Assembly: GCA_015272195.1 (NCBI GenBank)
Contig: JACYMC010000173.1
Span: 28,642 to 92,641, forward strand
Reading direction: 5' to 3'
Origin: Candidatus Sericytochromatia bacterium
GTDB lineage: Bacteria; Cyanobacteriota; Sericytochromatia; UBA7694
DNA length: 64,000 nucleotides
The notes beneath the pieces were generated by a model that worked only from the letters and a program-made list of their open reading frames with translations, ran no database searches and had not been told where the DNA came from. Positions 47,757 through 56,831 of this stretch are shown here, one piece after another. Position numbers and translations under genes: made by a program. The stretch's first letter is position 1. Every line of letters begins with the position of its first letter.

Positions 47757-49095
47757 TGGTCAGTATCAGTTCCTGCTCATGCAAATTGGCCAGCAGGTAT
47801 TGGCTGATGCATTCAAGATCAGGAAAGTACAGGACGGTTTTGTCAGGATTCAGCGCCCGGGTCTGGCTGACCAGATCATGAATATCGATCACAAAATCAG
47901 CCGGGTTTTCAGACGCCGCATAGATATCGGTCAGAATAATCCGATCGGCCTGTTCAAAGGAAGCCGCAAAGTCATGCAGTAAAGCAGCCGTTCGGCTATA
48001 GCGGTGAGGCTGAAATACAGCGGTGACAGGGCGTTGCTGTAAGCGTGCCGTGGTCAGGGTGGCTTTGATCTCAGACGGGTGGTGGCCATAGTCATCAATG
48101 ACGCTTACGCCGCCGGGCAGATCCCCGATGTGCTGGAAGCGTCGCTTGACGCCCTGATAAGCTTTCAGGGTCTGTGCCAGCTGGTTGAGATCCAGGCCCA
48201 GATAATGGCTGCAGGCCAGAGCGCCCAGGGCGTTGGCAATATTGTGCAGGCCCGGGATGCCGATTTCAAAATTGCCCAGGCTCTGGCCCTGGTAAGCAAT
48301 GCTGAAGCGTGAGCCCCTGGTCAGCAGTTCGGGCGGGGCGCTCAGACGGTAGTCAGCATCCGGGTGCTTGAGTGCAAAGCTGATACACTGGGCGCGTTTG
48401 TGTTCAGGCAGGGCTGCCAGCAGGGCCTGCACGCCGGCATCATCCAGGTTGACAAAAATCCGGGCCGCCGGGGGCTGGTTGTTGAGGAACTCCATCACGG
48501 CTTCAATGATTTCGTCCAGACCCTTGTAATGGTCCAGGTGATCCACTTCCAGGTTGGTGATCAGCACCATTTCACTGCTGAGCTGTCGCAGAGACTGATC
48601 GCTTTCGTCAACTTCTGCGACAGTGAAAGCGCCCTGACCGGCGCGTGCGTTGGTTCCCAGCTGGGGCACTTCGCCACCGATCACAATGGTTGGATCCAGG
48701 CCCTGATCATAGAGAATCAGCGACATCAGGGCAGATGTGGTGGTTTTGCCGTGGGTACCGGTAATGGAAATGCCGCGGGATTTTGCCAGCAGATGGGCCA
48801 GCACGGCAGAACGGTGAATAATGGGAATACGGTGCGTTTGGGCTGCGATATACTCAGGGTTGTGCTCTGAAATGGCGGTGGAAACCACAACATAGTCAGC
48901 GTCTGCTGGGACCTGCTCGGCGCTGTGGGCCGTGTAAATGGTTGCGCCCTGGGCTTGCAGCTCCTGGGTCAATCGGTTGTGCTTCAGATCTGAGCCACTG
49001 ATGGTGGCACCCTGACTGAGTAAAATGCCAGCCAGGCCGCTCATGCCAATGCCACCAATACCGATGAAGTGGAGCTTTTTAAAGGGTTTCAGCAT
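47620..49095 (-). CDS. murC: UDP-N-acetylmuramate--L-alanine ligase
   Basis: The N-terminus is HFIGIGGIGMSGLAGILLSQG. The Mur ligase P-loop is GTHGKTTTSAL. Confidence 0.9.
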   Translation of the reverse strand: MLKPFKKLHFIGIGGIGMSGLAGILLSQGATISGSDLKHNRLTQELQAQGATIYTAHSAEQVPADADYVVVSTAISEHNPEYIAAQTHRIPIIHRSAVLAHLLAKSRGISITGTHGKTTTSALMSLILYDQGLDPTIVIGGEVPQLGTNARAGQGAFTVAEVDESDQSLRQLSSEMVLITNLEVDHLDHYKGLDEIIEAVMEFLNNQPPAARIFVNLDDAGVQALLAALPEHKRAQCISFALKHPDADYRLSAPPELLTRGSRFSIAYQGQSLGNFEIGIPGLHNIANALGALACSHYLGLDLNQLAQTLKAYQGVKRRFQHIGDLPGGVSVIDDYGHHPSEIKATLTTARLQQRPVTAVFQPHRYSRTAALLHDFAASFEQADRIILTDIYAASENPADFVIDIHDLVSQTRALNPDKTVLYFPDLECISQYLLANLHEQELILTIGAGNITELSGLLLAGKPAAPNSKTEQENNIVYAPIQRGPQRQVV

Positions 49096-50192
49096 GGTAA
49101 TGCCTCTTGCGTGGAATGGAGGGTCTTGCGGATCAGGGAGACAATCTGTTCAGCTGCATTGCTGGGGTTCAGCTGACCACAATGATGCCGCATGGTGTTT
49201 AACCTTTCTCTGTTGCCTATCACGTCCTGTATCTGTGCAGACAGGCTGCCCGGCGTGAGAGCTTTTTCTTCAAGCAAAAGGCCTGCGCCAGCCCGTTTGA
49301 CGGCGAGGGCGTTATCGTACTGATGACCGCCACCAAAACTTCCGGGAATCAGGATGGCCGGCACATGGCAAACCATCAGTTCTGCTATCATCGAGGCGCC
49401 TGCCCGGGATACAGCCAGATCAGTACAAGCCAGCAACGCAGGCATATTATCTACATATTTTAGCAGACGATACCGTGGCTGGCCAGCAGATAAAGGGCTT
49501 GTCTGCCTGATTTGGTCATAGTTTGATGCGCCGCATACATGCACAATCTGTAGCTTTGGGATGGCCAGCAGGGCCTCGAGATCAGTGGTGACAGCCTGAT
49601 TGATGCGCTGCGCCCCCTGGCTGCCGCCGATAATGCTCACAACAGGCGCTGCCGGATCAAGATCAAAGAGCTGTGCGCCTTCTGCCCGGCTGTAGCTGCC
49701 AAATTCAGGGCGCACCGGACTGCCCGTGACGTGGGTGGGGGTTTTGCCAAATGATGCAGCACTTTCGGCATGGGCCAGGGCCACCCATTGGGCCAGCCTG
49801 GCCAGCCATTGATTGGCTTTGCCGGGCACGATGTTGGTTTCCACCAGAAACACAGGTATTTTCAGCCGGGCGGCAGCCAGCAGGGTGGGCACGGTAATAT
49901 AAGAGCCCAGTCCGACCACGGCGGTGGTCTGATGCTGTTGTAACAGCTGCTGGGCTTGCTGGGTACAGCGCCAGAGGTTGCGCAGGGATTTCAGTGGTTT
50001 CTGTCTTTGCAGAGGGGCAATGGGCAGGCCCGCAAAAGCAAAGCCTGCGGCTGGAATCAGGTCTTTTTCCATGCGCAGGCTGGAGCCAATAAACAAAATA
50101 TCGGTGGGGCTTTGCGCCTCCAGGGTCTGGGCAAGGGTTATCCCGGGATAAATATGGCCTCCGGTACCGCCGCAGGCAATCACAATATTCAT
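49089..50192 (-). CDS. murG: UDP-N-acetylglucosamine--N-acetylmuramyl-(pentapeptide) pyrophosphoryl-undecaprenol N-acetylglucosamine transferase
   Basis: The N-terminus is MNIVIACGGTGGHIYPG. The C-terminal GT-B glycosyltransferase motifs include GGSQGA. Confidence 0.9.
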   Translation of the reverse strand: MNIVIACGGTGGHIYPGITLAQTLEAQSPTDILFIGSSLRMEKDLIPAAGFAFAGLPIAPLQRQKPLKSLRNLWRCTQQAQQLLQQHQTTAVVGLGSYITVPTLLAAARLKIPVFLVETNIVPGKANQWLARLAQWVALAHAESAASFGKTPTHVTGSPVRPEFGSYSRAEGAQLFDLDPAAPVVSIIGGSQGAQRINQAVTTDLEALLAIPKLQIVHVCGASNYDQIRQTSPLSAGQPRYRLLKYVDNMPALLACTDLAVSRAGASMIAELMVCHVPAILIPGSFGGGHQYDNALAVKRAGAGLLLEEKALTPGSLSAQIQDVIGNRERLNTMRHHCGQLNPSNAAEQIVSLIRKTLHSTQEALPC

Positions 50193-51409
50193 GTCTGATG
50201 CCTCGCTTGTTCGCCAGTCGTCTTAAAGGGTGCATGGCGTGAAATATTCAGCAGCAGGCCCATGGCTGCCAGGTTGACCGCCACGGAAGAGCTGCCATAG
50301 CTGATAAAAGGCAGCGTCAGGCCGGTGGTGGGTATAGAGCCTGTGACCACGGCCAGATTGACAAAGGCCTGAATCGAAATCATGCAGGCCAGGCCCATGG
50401 CCATCAGCTTAAGATAGGGTGTCGGACTTTTACAGGCGATGCTGACGCCCCGCTGGGTCAGCAGCACAAAAAGGCCCAGCAGAATACAGACGCCGATAAA
50501 ACCAAACTCTTCGGCCATTACGGCAAAAATAAAGTCGGTGTGTTGTTCGGGCAGATAAAAAAGTTTTTGCACACTCTGGCCAAAGCCGCTGCCCACGAGG
50601 CCGCCGGAGCCAATGGCAATCATGGACTGAATCAGGTGAAAGCCGGTGCCCTGGGGGTCAGCCCAGGGGTCCAGCCAGGAGGTAATGCGGGCTTGCTGGT
50701 AGGGTGTGCTCCAGCTGAAGATGCCAAATGCTGTGAAGCCCGCGCCCAGTACGCCCAGAATTTTCCAGTAGGCGGTACCCGCCGTGAAATACATCACCAT
50801 CACAATGGCGCCGATGACCATGGTGGTGCCCAGATCGGGCTGTTTCAGAATGATGGCCATCATGGCTCCAACGGGTAAAAAGGCGATCAGTTTATCCAGC
50901 AGTGCCAGGCGGCTGAACTGGGGATTGCTCAGAATGCTGGCCAGATAAATCACCACCATGGGTTTGGCCAGCTCAGAAGGCTGTAAACGAATCAGCGGCA
51001 GGTTGAGCCAGCGTGAGGAACCTTTAATCGTCAGGCCCAGACCGGGAATATGGGTACAGATCAGCAGAATCAGGGTGATGGCCATCAGGGGTTTAAGCCA
51101 GTAAGGCAGGTCGTAGATATTGATGCGCAGCGCCAGCAGCAAGCCCACCAGCCCCAGGCCGATGCCGATCAGCTGCTTTTTAAAATAAAAGCTGGCGTCA
51201 CCAATCTGCGCCTGAGCGACGTGTGCGCTGGCGCTGAGAATGGCAATCAGGCCCATGACACTCAGAATAAACAGGAGCCAGACCAGAACATAATCCACGT
51301 GCTGAAGCGACGGCTGGGGACTGGTTTTACGTCGGGTAAGTTTTGCCGGAGCAGCATCGGGAACTTTTTGCTGGGCCATATGCCGTTTTTTCAGACTATG
51401 ACTGGGCAT
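50189..51409 (-). CDS. ftsW: Peptidoglycan glycosyltransferase FtsW (SEDS family)
   Basis: It is a 10-TM SEDS protein with conserved DFIFAV and GLTLPFISYGGSS-like motifs. The start is uncertain: ATG at 51409, 51379 or 51493. Its 3' end overlaps murG by 4 nt. Confidence 0.8.
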   Translation of the reverse strand: MPSHSLKKRHMAQQKVPDAAPAKLTRRKTSPQPSLQHVDYVLVWLLFILSVMGLIAILSASAHVAQAQIGDASFYFKKQLIGIGLGLVGLLLALRINIYDLPYWLKPLMAITLILLICTHIPGLGLTIKGSSRWLNLPLIRLQPSELAKPMVVIYLASILSNPQFSRLALLDKLIAFLPVGAMMAIILKQPDLGTTMVIGAIVMVMYFTAGTAYWKILGVLGAGFTAFGIFSWSTPYQQARITSWLDPWADPQGTGFHLIQSMIAIGSGGLVGSGFGQSVQKLFYLPEQHTDFIFAVMAEEFGFIGVCILLGLFVLLTQRGVSIACKSPTPYLKLMAMGLACMISIQAFVNLAVVTGSIPTTGLTLPFISYGSSSVAVNLAAMGLLLNISRHAPFKTTGEQARHQT

Positions 51410-52751
51410 GGTCTTCAGGCCTTTCTGAAACCCATGCCGCAACGTGCTTTCTGAAGTCGTCTCCTCGTTCTTCGAAGTTCTGGTAGGCATCATAGCTGGC
51501 TGTGGCTGGCGAAAGCAGAATCACATCCCCCGGCTGAGACACTGCACAGGCCTGTGCAAGCGCTGCCTGCATGCCCTGTACCAGGCTGACTTGATTATAA
51601 CCGTTTTGTTGCAGCTGGTGTTGAAATAAAGGGCCGGACTCGCCCATTAGCACCACATGACGGGCACGCGCTGTAATGCAGTTCGCTAGAGGGCCAAAGT
51701 CACCGCCTTTGTCCTGGCCGCCCGCAATGAGCACCACCGGCTGTGTGAAGCTTTCGAGCGCTTTCTGGGTGGCCAGATAATTGGTGGATTTGGAATCATT
51801 GATCAGGATGCGCCCGGCCCAGCTGCCCAGCCCCTCCAGACGGTGCGGGATGCCGCTGAACTGGCTGAAGGTCTGACGCAGAGCTGTTGCTGGCAGGTTC
51901 AGAATTTCAGCGGCCTGCATAACGGCCTGGATGTTTTCAAGGTTATGGGCACCGGGTAACTTGATCTCGCTCAGATCCATCAGATGCTGGCCCTGGTAGA
52001 TCAGTGCTTCGGCCTGAGGCTCAAACCAGTGGACCTGGGCTTTCAACTGCGGTGCCAGCAGCTGGCACCAGACGGATCCGGCGTTTAAAATCGCATGATC
52101 TTCAGGTCCCTGGGCCTGAAACAGACGGGCCTTGGCAGCAAAGTAGCTGGGCATATCGCCGTGACGGTCGAGGTGGTTTTCATAGAGGTTCAGTAAAATA
52201 CCAATCTGTGGCTTGAGGCTATAGGTGCTTTCGAGCTGAAAAGAACTGACTTCCAGAACCAGGTAATCCAGCTTTTTTTCGGCATAGCTGATCAGGGGTG
52301 TGCCTAAATTGCCGCAGGCCGCGCTGCGATAACCTGCCTGGTTCAGCAGGGCCTGCAGCAAAGAAACAGTCGTGCTTTTGCCATTGCTGCCGGTGATAGC
52401 CAGAATGGGGGTCTGGATAAAATGGCTGGCCAGCTCAATTTCGCTGACGACCGGAATCTGGTGCTGCCGGGCAAAGGTATAGGGCATGGCCGTCAGCGGA
52501 ATGCCCGGACTGGCCACCATCAGATCTGCCTGACGCAGTGTTTCGCTGGTATGGCCGTTACATTCCCATTCGATCTGCAGTGCAGCCAACTCATTCTGAT
52601 ACTCAGGCTTTAAGGGGCCTGAGTCACTGAGCACAACCTGATACCCACGTTCTTTTAAAAAGCGCGCAGCGGCCATGCCACTGCGGGCAATGCCCAGAAT
52701 CACAACGCGCTGACCCGGTTGAAGATGGCTAAGTGAAGTTGACATATGCAT
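51396..52751 (-). CDS. murD: UDP-N-acetylmuramoylalanine--D-glutamate ligase
   Basis: The Mur ligase P-loop is ITGSNGKSTT. The N-terminal Rossmann motif is VVILGIARSGMAAARFL. Confidence 0.9.
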   Translation of the reverse strand: MHMSTSLSHLQPGQRVVILGIARSGMAAARFLKERGYQVVLSDSGPLKPEYQNELAALQIEWECNGHTSETLRQADLMVASPGIPLTAMPYTFARQHQIPVVSEIELASHFIQTPILAITGSNGKSTTVSLLQALLNQAGYRSAACGNLGTPLISYAEKKLDYLVLEVSSFQLESTYSLKPQIGILLNLYENHLDRHGDMPSYFAAKARLFQAQGPEDHAILNAGSVWCQLLAPQLKAQVHWFEPQAEALIYQGQHLMDLSEIKLPGAHNLENIQAVMQAAEILNLPATALRQTFSQFSGIPHRLEGLGSWAGRILINDSKSTNYLATQKALESFTQPVVLIAGGQDKGGDFGPLANCITARARHVVLMGESGPLFQHQLQQNGYNQVSLVQGMQAALAQACAVSQPGDVILLSPATASYDAYQNFEERGDDFRKHVAAWVSERPEDHAQS

Positions 52752-52758
52752 GACCCTT

Positions 52759-53769
52759 TTATCCTGTTACAGGCAAATGGGTAGCATAATAAATGAAAAC
52801 AGAGCCAAACGCCAGCAGAAAACCAACAATGCCAAAACGGTTGACAATCTGGGTTTCTTTCCATCCACCCAGCTCAAAGTGGTGATGCAGGGGGCTCATG
52901 CGAAAAATCCGTTTGCGCGTACGCTTAAAATACGCGACCTGAATAATCACCGACAGGGTTTCGGCAACAAACACCAGACCAATAATGGCAAACCACAGCT
53001 CCAGGCCGCCCAGCATGCACAGCACGGCCAGAATGCCGCCCAGCGCCAGTGAGCCCGTATCGCCCATAAAGACCTGGGCTGGATGGCTGTTGTACCACAA
53101 AAACCCAATACAAGCGCCCAGGGTACTCAGGCCCAATACAATGCCCGGATAGACGGTGTGATTATCCAGTCCGCCCTGCAGGATCAGGATGCTGACCACG
53201 GCCCCGAGGCTGATAATCGCCAGCGTGGTGGCCAGACCATCCAGGCCGTCGGTCAGGTTGACCGCATTGGTGCTGGCGCTGAAAAAAAACATCGCAAACA
53301 CAGGGTAAAACCAGCCCAGACTGAGGCTGTGGCTGCTGAAGGGGATTTGCAGAGCGGGACTGAAGTCGGGAACACCCAGCATCAGATACAGACCCAGCCC
53401 TCCGCCGATGGCGAGCTGGCCGGCCATTTTCTGGCGGGGGGTGATGCCTTTGTTGTTTTTAAGCACCACTTTTTGCCAGTCATCGATCCAGCCCAGGCCC
53501 GTGATCAGCAAAACGCTCAGCAGCAGCACCAGGGTGTGCAGACTGAAAGTTGCCAGCAAAAGTGTCAGTGCCAGGGCCGGTAATAAGAAGATAGTGCCGC
53601 CCATCGTTGGCGTGCCACCTTTGCTCAGATGGGACTGAGGGCCTTCTTCACGGATATGCTGTCCCAGTTTCAGGCGGCGCAGAAATTGCAGGGCGTAACG
53701 TCCAAAAAAAAGGCTCAGACAGGTACCGGCAGGCAGGGCCAGCATGGCGAGGAGGGCTTTGTTTATCAC
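52759..53769 (-). CDS. mraY: Phospho-N-acetylmuramoyl-pentapeptide transferase
   Basis: It is a 10-TM protein with MraY motifs KGGTPTMGG and NAVNLTDGLDGLA. It is the first gene of this cluster; the next gene upstream is on the opposite strand. Confidence 0.9.
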   Translation of the reverse strand: MINKALLAMLALPAGTCLSLFFGRYALQFLRRLKLGQHIREEGPQSHLSKGGTPTMGGTIFLLPALALTLLLATFSLHTLVLLLSVLLITGLGWIDDWQKVVLKNNKGITPRQKMAGQLAIGGGLGLYLMLGVPDFSPALQIPFSSHSLSLGWFYPVFAMFFFSASTNAVNLTDGLDGLATTLAIISLGAVVSILILQGGLDNHTVYPGIVLGLSTLGACIGFLWYNSHPAQVFMGDTGSLALGGILAVLCMLGGLELWFAIIGLVFVAETLSVIIQVAYFKRTRKRIFRMSPLHHHFELGGWKETQIVNRFGIVGFLLAFGSVFIYYATHLPVTG

Positions 53770-53907
53770 GGGTTTGGAGGACTCCAGCGCATTGATTGCT
53801 TTGAATTCAGGCGCTATTATAGCGCCTTCCGGCTTGGTTTATCTGTGATAGATGTGGTCTAATGTGTGCTAAAGTGCGTTGCGCTGACGAGTTATGGGGA
53901 GGCTTGC

Positions 53908-56127
53908 GTGTCACAGCTCCGGCGTTGGGAAACTGTTTTGCTGGCCTTGTTGCTGTTTTTTGTTCTGGGCTGGTCTGCGTTTAATTATGGTGGGCGTTAT
54001 CTGCACGCCCAAACCATTGTGCAAGTGGCGGCTGCCGCTTTACTGCTCAATGTGACCTGGCTGCTCTGGCGCTATCAGCGCGCCCGGTTGGTACCAGATT
54101 TTCCGCTGCTGCTTGTGGGTTTGTTCTGGTTGTTGGCGCTGGCGCTGAGCTGGATCTTTTCGGTTAACCAGCTGGCCAGTCTCGAAGAAGTCCTGCGTCT
54201 GGCCATGTACATGGCTTTGACGCTGTCTGTATATCTGGCCTTGCGTCTGCAAAAGGACCCTGAGCGTGCGACGTACTTTGTGCTGTCTGGTATTGTTGTG
54301 CTGGGCTGTCTGATGGTGGCCATGGGCTGGTGGCTTCGTTCTGATGGTCAGGCGCTCAGTGGCACCTTTTACCGCACCAACGATTTGGCGGGTTATCTGC
54401 TTTTGCTGGTGCCTTTAAGCCTGCACCTTGGCTTGCAGGCCCGGCACATGCGCGCCCGCCTGTATTATTGGCTGGCTTTTACCTATCTGCTGGCGGCCCT
54501 GGTGATGACCAATTCCCGCAGCAGCTGGCTGGCCGGTGGCATTGCGGTCTGCATGGTTATGCTGTTTAACCGCAGTGCGTTTCGGCAGCGTGCAGTCTGG
54601 CTGGTTTTTGCGGCAGGTGGCTTGCTGGCTGGCATCCTGGTTCTGCTCAACCTGGAGCTGATCCTGCCCCGACTGCAAACCCTGCTGGATCTGAGCATCT
54701 TCAAAGAAAGTGCTGCCCGCTGGCGCATGGATCTGTTACTGGCCGCCTGGGATATTTTTCGCGATGATCCGCTGGTGGGTACTGGACCCAATACTTACGC
54801 CAAAGTCCTGCCGGCCTATCAGCAGACGGCGGGTTATTATTCGATTAATCCCCACAATTATTACCTGCAGACTCTTGCTGAAGTCGGTGTGCTGGGGTTT
54901 TTGGCCCTGGGGCTCTGGATCAGCCAGGGGCTGCGGTCTCTCTGGCGTCAGCCGAACCCCTTCAGTCTGGGCGTGCTGGGCGCTTTGAGTGCTTCTCTGA
55001 TTCATATTGCCTTTGATATTGACTGGAGCGTCAGTGCCATTCCGATTCTGTTTTTTGTTTTGCTGGGTCTGGGTCTGGTGCCATTAGAGACCGCATCCAG
55101 CGCACAGAGCGAGCCTGAGCCTGCTGACAGTTTGTCAGAGCCTGCGATAAAGCCTGGCCAGCAGCGTGTCACGGCGGTAACGCTGGCCTTTGTGGCTGTG
55201 CTGCTGGGCTTGATTCCTCTGCTGAATCTGGCGTCTGCCCAGGCTTATGCCCGGGGAGCCCAGGCCCTTGAATCACAAGATTATGAGGCGGCTTTGCCTT
55301 TGCTGGAGCGTGCCCGTCGTCTGGCACCCTGGCCTTCTGCACGGCACTATTACAGTCTGGGACGCTGCTGGCAGGCCCTCGAAGAGTCTGAAACAGCCTA
55401 TCAGATGGCGCTGCGGGCGATTGAGCTGGATGCCTATAACGGTGAATATTATGGTTTTGCCAGTGGGCTTCTGCTGCAAAAGAATCAGACGGCTGAGGCG
55501 CTGGCCCTGCTGCTGCGCCGCCAGACGCTGAACCCTTACCGCTACCCGGTCTATTACACCCAGCTGGGTGATGTCTATCTCAATCAGATGGATCAGCCCC
55601 AGCAGGCTTTAAAAACGTATCTTCAGGGTGCGGCGGCATTTCCGCCTGAGCAGCTGGCGCGCTATGAGCGTTATTTACCCCAGCACCGCTATGAGGTGTT
55701 TAATCTGTATCAAAAGCTGGCCGCTGTCTATACGCAGCTGAATCAGCTGCCAGAAGCCCAGCAGTGGCAGGTTCAGGCTCAGCAGCTTGTTCGCTCAGGC
55801 GTGCGTGATCTGTACGTGCAAACGGGTTATCCCTACCCTGTGGCGGCACTGAAAGCCTACTGGGACGCTGTGCCCCAGCACCTGAAAAATCCGGCCCATC
55901 GTTTTGACAGCTTGCATCCTGAAGCGCCTATGATTCCACCGCCGCCCTGGCCGGTACGTTTTGAGCAGTTGCGCTTTGTAGAGGTGGAACGTGATTTGAA
56001 CGCGGCCCGTTTGCGTTATGCCATGCCGCGCCAGGAGGCCCAGTCCGCCTGGATTTTGCTGGAAGATCGTCTGGTGGGCTCTGCCCAGGGCTGGCATCTG
56101 GTCAGCCGCCAGGTGATCGAGCCGTGA
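53908..56127 (+). CDS. O-antigen ligase (Wzy_C) family membrane protein fused to C-terminal TPR repeats
   Basis: The N-terminal half is polytopic with the Wzy_C-type motif SRSSWLAGGIAVCMV and NPHNYYLQTLAEVGVLGF. The C-terminal ~300 aa are TPR-like. The start is chosen at GTG 53908 with a GGGGAGG SD 5 nt upstream; the ORF is open to 53866. Confidence 0.7.
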   Translation: MSQLRRWETVLLALLLFFVLGWSAFNYGGRYLHAQTIVQVAAAALLLNVTWLLWRYQRARLVPDFPLLLVGLFWLLALALSWIFSVNQLASLEEVLRLAMYMALTLSVYLALRLQKDPERATYFVLSGIVVLGCLMVAMGWWLRSDGQALSGTFYRTNDLAGYLLLLVPLSLHLGLQARHMRARLYYWLAFTYLLAALVMTNSRSSWLAGGIAVCMVMLFNRSAFRQRAVWLVFAAGGLLAGILVLLNLELILPRLQTLLDLSIFKESAARWRMDLLLAAWDIFRDDPLVGTGPNTYAKVLPAYQQTAGYYSINPHNYYLQTLAEVGVLGFLALGLWISQGLRSLWRQPNPFSLGVLGALSASLIHIAFDIDWSVSAIPILFFVLLGLGLVPLETASSAQSEPEPADSLSEPAIKPGQQRVTAVTLAFVAVLLGLIPLLNLASAQAYARGAQALESQDYEAALPLLERARRLAPWPSARHYYSLGRCWQALEESETAYQMALRAIELDAYNGEYYGFASGLLLQKNQTAEALALLLRRQTLNPYRYPVYYTQLGDVYLNQMDQPQQALKTYLQGAAAFPPEQLARYERYLPQHRYEVFNLYQKLAAVYTQLNQLPEAQQWQVQAQQLVRSGVRDLYVQTGYPYPVAALKAYWDAVPQHLKNPAHRFDSLHPEAPMIPPPPWPVRFEQLRFVEVERDLNAARLRYAMPRQEAQSAWILLEDRLVGSAQGWHLVSRQVIEP

Positions 56128-56831
56128 CCCACCCCCGGCTGGCTGAGGCCGTTCTGGGGTGGGATACCCTGAACTGGCAGCGTGCGCTGGAATTTTGGGA
56201 CCAGCATTTGCCCCGTCGTCTGACGGATTGGACCGCGCTTGAACTGGGTGCCGCTGGCGGCGGGCTGTCGCTGTATCTGGCGCTTAAGGGAGCCCGTGCC
56301 ATTTACTCCAATCTGCGCCTGCCTGATGCGCAGGTCTGCCAGTTGCATCAGGATTATGGTGTGAAAATGCTCTACGATACGGTTGATGCCCGCGCTTTGC
56401 CCTATGCCGACCAGAGTCTGGATCTTGTCTGCTGCAAATCCGTGCTGGGGGGGATTCGCAAAAATGCGCAGGAAGACCCCAAACCGCTGATTATCAATGA
56501 AATCCGGCGGGTACTGAAGCCGGGCGGCTGGTTTTTGGCCGCTGAAAACCTGCAGGGCCACCCGTTGCACGGCTGGCTGCGCCAGCGTTATGTGCCCTGG
56601 TCAGGTGGCTGGGAGTATTTGCCGGCCAATGACTGGCTGGCCCTGCTGAAAGATTTTACAGACTGTCACCAGACCAGTTTTGGTCTGACAGGCTTGCTGG
56701 GTCGGACGGTTGCACAACGCAGGCAACTGGCGCAGCTGGATCGTTGTCTGGATGCTTATATGCCGTCTCACTGGCATTATGTTCTGGCCCTGGTGGCCCG
56801 TAAACCTGAAACTGAAGGAGTTGAATCATGA
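56124..56831 (+). CDS. Class I SAM-dependent methyltransferase
   Basis: Motif I is LELGAAGGGLSLYLALKG. Post-motif II is LKPGGWFLAAEN. The GTG start lies in a GTGA overlap with the upstream stop. Confidence 0.7.
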   Translation: MTHPRLAEAVLGWDTLNWQRALEFWDQHLPRRLTDWTALELGAAGGGLSLYLALKGARAIYSNLRLPDAQVCQLHQDYGVKMLYDTVDARALPYADQSLDLVCCKSVLGGIRKNAQEDPKPLIINEIRRVLKPGGWFLAAENLQGHPLHGWLRQRYVPWSGGWEYLPANDWLALLKDFTDCHQTSFGLTGLLGRTVAQRRQLAQLDRCLDAYMPSHWHYVLALVARKPETEGVES

